NCBI GenBank assembly: GCA_963693365.1
Contig: CAVNZM010000009.1
Location: 762,963-826,962 of the forward strand
DNA: 64,000 bases
Direction of reading: 5' to 3'
From: Amoebidium appalachense
Lineage: Eukaryota; Protista; Ichthyosporea
Shown here: piece by piece, positions 58,079-64,000 of the stretch
Numbering within the stretch: the first letter of the stretch is position 1
How the letters are laid out: every line of letters begins with the position of its first letter
Program-made: the position numbers and the translations under genes
Notes under the pieces: generated by a model
Seen by the model: the letters and a program-made list of their open reading frames with translations, nothing else
What the model was told of the DNA's origin: nothing
Databases searched by the model: none

Positions 58079-60826
58079 GGGGGGATGAGGGGGGGTGTTT
58101 GTACCTTTGGGCAGGGAAGCCACATATGCTGCCTCATAGTCAAACGACATGACGTTTTCTGATTTCACGCCATTAACACCGTGGCCAATCGGATCGAACG
58201 TAACGTTACTGGCACGGGCTTGACGAATCATATCGAGGATGACGCCAGTGTACATGAAAGCGAATTGGTTGGCAATCACCTGATGTCCAAATGTGGTAGG
58301 GTGGTGGTTTTCGCCCAAAAATGCTTTTTTTATGCATGTGTTTTGATTGGGTGCCGCTAGCATTAAAGCACGAACATAACTCCCGAGGGAAACACGGTTG
58401 ATGTCGTGCCTGGGTGTCAAAGTTGTATGTGTTAGTTTGCATAACGAGAGTATGGATATAAAATACATTGGCCACATAAAAGATAAAAAAAATACCCAGC
58501 TACACAACTACACCCTAAAAGCACATTTACAAACAGGGTGGATTATTAGATCTATCAACCTATCTGCTACTCATAGGCTGGATACCGCATCGGCAAAGCA
58601 CACCCCTCTAATTACTGGCACCTTGATCTGGGTATATTGTGCACCCACATGTGCTCTTGTGTCTGCACCCTCGTGTTTCTTGCCCCCCCCCCCCCCCCCC
58701 CCCCCCCTTCCCCCCCCCCCCTTCCCCCTCCCCCCCCCCCCCCCCCCCCCCTCCCCTCCCCTCCTGCCTCTCCACGTCTCCCCCCCCCCCCCCCCATCTC
58801 CCCCCCCCCCCCCCCATTTCCCCCCCCCCTTCCCCCCCCGTTCTCCTACCCTCCAACCCCAAAGAGCACCACCACAACCCACGTACCTTCCAACTACCCA
58901 CACACCTCTCACTCCCCTTCTCACCTACTAAAGGTACACCCACCTAGACCTCCCATCGAATTCCCTTATCTGACCGCAGCTATTTGCCATGTATCAACCT
59001 AACCCCAAGTTATTTCCTTTGCCACAGCTTATCAACAACACTAAGCCGGAAAAGCAGTAACCCCCCCCCTCCCCCCCCCCCCCCCACCACCATTTTCCCC
59101 CCTCCCCCCCCCCCTCCTCCCCCCTCCCGCCCCCCCCCCCCCCATCTGCCCCTCCTTCCTCACCCCCAGCCCCCCCCCCCCCCCCCCCCCCCCAACTCCC
59201 TGCTGCCCCCACGCCAACTCTATCCTTCCCCCCCCCCCCCCCCCCCCCCGCCCCTTTTACCCGCCTTCCACCCCCTTAAATCCCCCCTCCCCGCGTCCCC
59301 CCAGATCAGCCCCCACGTCGAACATCATTCGGCCCACACCACCATCCATTTAATCAGAAATAGTCTGCACCCACGTTCCGCATCCCTCCTTTTCTTCAAC
59401 CGGTTCCCAGGATCTATTCCCCTACCCAACAGTCTCATCTCTAGTCTACTGAACCTGCAATGACCAGAGACCACCACCCTGTCACCGACCTTTTTGCGTA
59501 GGCCTTAAGCACATCCTCCTGCCCCTGCAGTGTGGTTTTACTGGGCCATTCCTCATCCCTCGTACCATCCCAAATATAGGCAAGACCCAAAGATGGCGCA
59601 ATGGGTTTCAGCTGCAGCGCCCGACGGAGCCACAATTCGAGTGCCTCCCCTCGGCCCTCATCCTTGAAGCGGTAGTCGTTAACAGAGAAATCCCAAAATA
59701 GGAAATCGACATCCTCGCCAATCATCTGGTCCAGGAAAGTGCCCCCCCACACCGAATCGGCCCAGTCGTGAGGTACCACACGCGCAGTTACATTCACGCT
59801 GGAATTAGCCAAAGACATCAATGTCTGGAAATTACGTTGCATGATGAATGGAAACGTGTCATGGGTGTCTGGTGATGACCCACCAGTTGCGCCAATAACC
59901 ACATTCGGCCTTTTCCCCGTGAATGCATCCCACAGAATCTGCTTTGTTTGGTTCGGTAGTATGCTCGGTACCGTGGTGGCGTGCAGAAGAGATGTGTTGA
60001 ATCCCACATAAGTAGGAACCAGTGACTCGCCGCACACACGTTGCAAAACGGTGTTCAGCGTGTGGTTTGTTTCCAACTCTAGCCTCCACTCTCTTACTCT
60101 CCGTTCGAGAAACCCCATGGGTAACGAATCATCGTTCGTCACATTAGCGCCTTCGTTTTCGTTGCTCACATTCACTCTTTCCTCTTTCGTTGCCGACTCC
60201 GTTTCATTTGCACCCGTAAATGCAATAAGAACCGTACTGTTCGTTGGTGGTCGGGCCTTTGTGTCCTCTTTTTCTCCGTCCGCCGTTGCCGGAACAAGGT
60301 CTGCCTCTGCCCCACTTCCCCCTATTCTCGCTGGGCGTGGTGGTTCCTGTACTCCCTCGGTTGTTTTCTCGCTCTGCTCAAGCACATCCTTGTTGTTTGC
60401 ATTAGATGCTTCCTCGTCTTCCAGCATCCGGTCTAGCTCATCATCATCTTCGATGTGTTTGTACTTTGCCTTTCCCGTCTCCACCTCTCTTTGCCCCTCC
60501 TCTCCCTCCTGTGCATCTTGTATCTGTTCATCCACAACAGGTGGTGGTGGTGGTGTGTTCGGTTGTATCTGGTTCCTTCCCTCTTCCACATAACTCTCCT
60601 CTTCCATTTCTTTTTCCTGTGCGTGTACATACACCTCCTTTGCGTGTGCGTATCCATTAATCCGACCTTTCTCACTGGTAACCTCTGTGCTTGTGCCCAT
60701 AAACACAACAGCAACCATTACCACCAGAGCCAACACTGCAACGAGTAGTCGTGGGGTACCCCTTAGCCTCATCCCACTCGAACTTCGGGAGTGTTGGCCT
60801 AGCGGCCGGTACCCACCGTAAGGCAT
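55767..60826 (-). CDS. Type II membrane protein with acidic stem and SGNH/GDSL-like esterase domain; exons 59490-60826, 58105-58409, 55767-56401
   Basis: N-terminal [19 protein letters not shown]; block I-like VIGATGGSS; block III-like [11 protein letters not shown]; LELWLRRAL; block V-like [14 protein letters not shown]; splice phases are consistent. Confidence 0.75.
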
Positions 60827-61541
60827 CTTTTTCTATTGAGTGTGTTATGTTAATTGTGTGCGTGTGCATGTGTGTCTCTGTGACCGGTCATGGGGGGTTT
60901 GCAATCCTCTCGCGATCGAGTTGAAAAGTCAAAAGTTTTCGAGGATGCTTCATGATCCAAAGGCCAAACTAATTATGCACTACCTATAGGCTCCAAATTA
61001 TATGCAGTTCCGCCGATGTTGTCGTGTTAAAGCTAACCTAAACATTAGCCTTTATTCTTTTTACCTGCTTTAAGTTCTACATCCTACATTACCGTAACTA
61101 AGATTTAATTACGCCACCCACTAGTGTCAAAGTACACACACTAGTACCTCAGCCTCAGGCTGTGAATTTGCGGCTTGAGTTTTGTACCAGAAGAAATTTT
61201 AAGTCTTGCATCTACAATGCATCTGATTGGTTGTTCTGGAATTCACCGATGCTCTCACCACCAATCATAATCTGGTTTGGCACATTGCCTTTTTTGTAGA
61301 TATAACCCCACCTGGTATGATATGAGTTCATCACCTGCTGAACACGTGGTGACTATTCCAACATCTTGATGTGATGGTCACGACACAATTGTCACAGAGG
61401 CCTTGCGCAACGGTGCCCCACGAAACGTGTTGGGATGGGGCGATGGGTAAGTAGTTCTTCAAATAGATTGTTGAATTTTGATGGTGACAAACTGACATCA
61501 CAGGCACAATCATTTGCAAAACGGTGTGCATATGCCTCGGG

Positions 61542-61578
<37 letters not shown>

Positions 61579-62184
61579 CACACGCACCCGTTCACACGTG
61601 CACACCCGCACGTGCACACACACACACACGTACCGTGGCACACACACACGCACAGACACATGTACACACACGTGACCGTGTCACACACATACACACACAG
61701 CTACTGTGCCTCGTGATCCTCTGGCATCTCCCAAACCCGGTCCGGTCCCCCATCGATATCGATGACTATGAATCATTTTTACCCATGGTGACTTGAACAA
61801 CCCAACAAACATTCCGTGACGTTGAACATGTTTCAGCTGCCTTCAATCGGTGACATACCGCTACCAGGCAGCTGTACTGTGGCAACAAGGCAATCGTGCA
61901 GGCAAGATTTATTGACATCACAAAATATACCTTTTGTCTCTGTCTGCAATAGCATCCTAGACCATTCGTTACCTTTGGCTATTCTCAAAACCCATCGCCC
62001 CTCCCGTCCCTGCTAATAGCCCAACGGAATCAGCGTATGTAGAAGGAAACTTAGCTTCAGTGACACGCCTCCCACGCTTGAATATCATGTAATCATGGAC
62101 AATTATGTCGTCAAGGCTCCCATCACTCATCACCAAAATTTCACTTAAAAACTACTTGTTCATCCACAAACTTCAAGAGAGGAG

Positions 62185-63206
<1,022 letters not shown>

Positions 63207-63207
63207 C

Positions 63208-63850
63208 TGCATGTGCACACAATGGTTAGGTATGCACGCAGTTGTTTGGTGTGCATGTGCATGCAGTGCACACAGTGGGTAGGTGTGCATGTGCACACAG
63301 TGGGTAGGTGTGCATGTGCACACAGTGGGTAGGTGTGCATGTGCACACAGTGGGTAGGTGTGCATGTGCACACAGTGGGTAGGTGTGCATGTGCACACAG
63401 TGGTTAGGCGTGCACATCGTGTGTACGTTTGCACAGCTCATCACTGCAAAGTGCTTTTGTGTGCATGTGCACACAGTGGAGAACTGTGAATGTCTACACA
63501 GTGCTTGCGTATGCAAAGAGTGGTGAGGTGTGTATGTGCACACAGTAATAGGTGTATGATACATGTGCACACAGTGATTAGGAGTGCATGCGCACATAGT
63601 GGTGAGGTGTGCATGCGCACTCAGTGGTTGGCGTGGATGTGCACACAGTGGTCAGGTGGTGTTTGGGTGTGCACACAGTAATTCGGGGTGTACGTGCATC
63701 AAGTCGTTAGATGTGCATATGCATACAGTGGTTGCATACAGTCGTTAAATGCACATGTGAACCCAATGGTTAGGTGTGCGTGTGTGCCAAAGTCATAGGG
63801 TGTCACGTGCAGCACAGTCGTTAGATCGTGCATATGCACACAGTGATAAG
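63208..63850. repeat. 25-bp minisatellite (gtgcacacagtgggtaggtgtgcat) in a MAGOH intron
   Basis: Five perfect copies at 63266-63390 with degenerate copies on both sides. Confidence 0.92.
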
Positions 63851-64000
63851 GTATGCTTGTGATTGGTTCATGGGCACCCACAAACGTCTATGGATGTGTT
63901 ACCCCAGAATTACATTCACCTCATCCTGTCACACGTCCACCACGACACATGGCCAGGCAACACCTCCCTCTCCTCCCAACACACACACATACGTGTGCGC

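Noticed and set aside
63208-63850. CRISPR-like array
   Set aside because: Head-to-tail units without unique spacers, in a eukaryotic intron, with no cas genes. The same applies to the 25113 repeat.

Overview
Eukaryotic, intron-rich genomic DNA. An Mnt/Mxd factor with a Sin3-interaction domain and an STK32/YANK kinase suggest a holozoan/opisthokont, possibly an ichthyosporean-type protist; this is inference. Most long ORFs in the supplied track are artefacts of (CA)n/(GT)n, poly-G/poly-C and poly-A/T tracts that fill the introns. Gene models assembled by hand from GT-AG junctions: a terminal exon of an unknown gene (+), PARG (-), an intronless TPT/nucleotide-sugar transporter (+), a CEPT1/EPT1-type CDP-alcohol phosphotransferase (-), a KCTD-like BTB protein (+), a polyproline protein ending in a WH2-like/C-helix/acidic-Trp tail (-), Mnt/Mxd (-), STK32 (-), a type II membrane SGNH-like protein (-) and the 3' end of Mago nashi (-). 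Most notable: (1) many 3' splice sites have (CA)n directly against the AG instead of a polypyrimidine tract, sometimes with complementary (GT)n/G-tracts at the donor; (2) three 200-250 bp fold-back palindromes, one near-perfect with G-U-compatible substitutions and one nested with a poly(A)/poly(T)-bounded insert; (3) a candidate unrecognised Arp2/3-activator-like protein; (4) a PARG lacking the canonical GGG loop. Exon boundaries were read by eye and homopolymer lengths may be unreliable.
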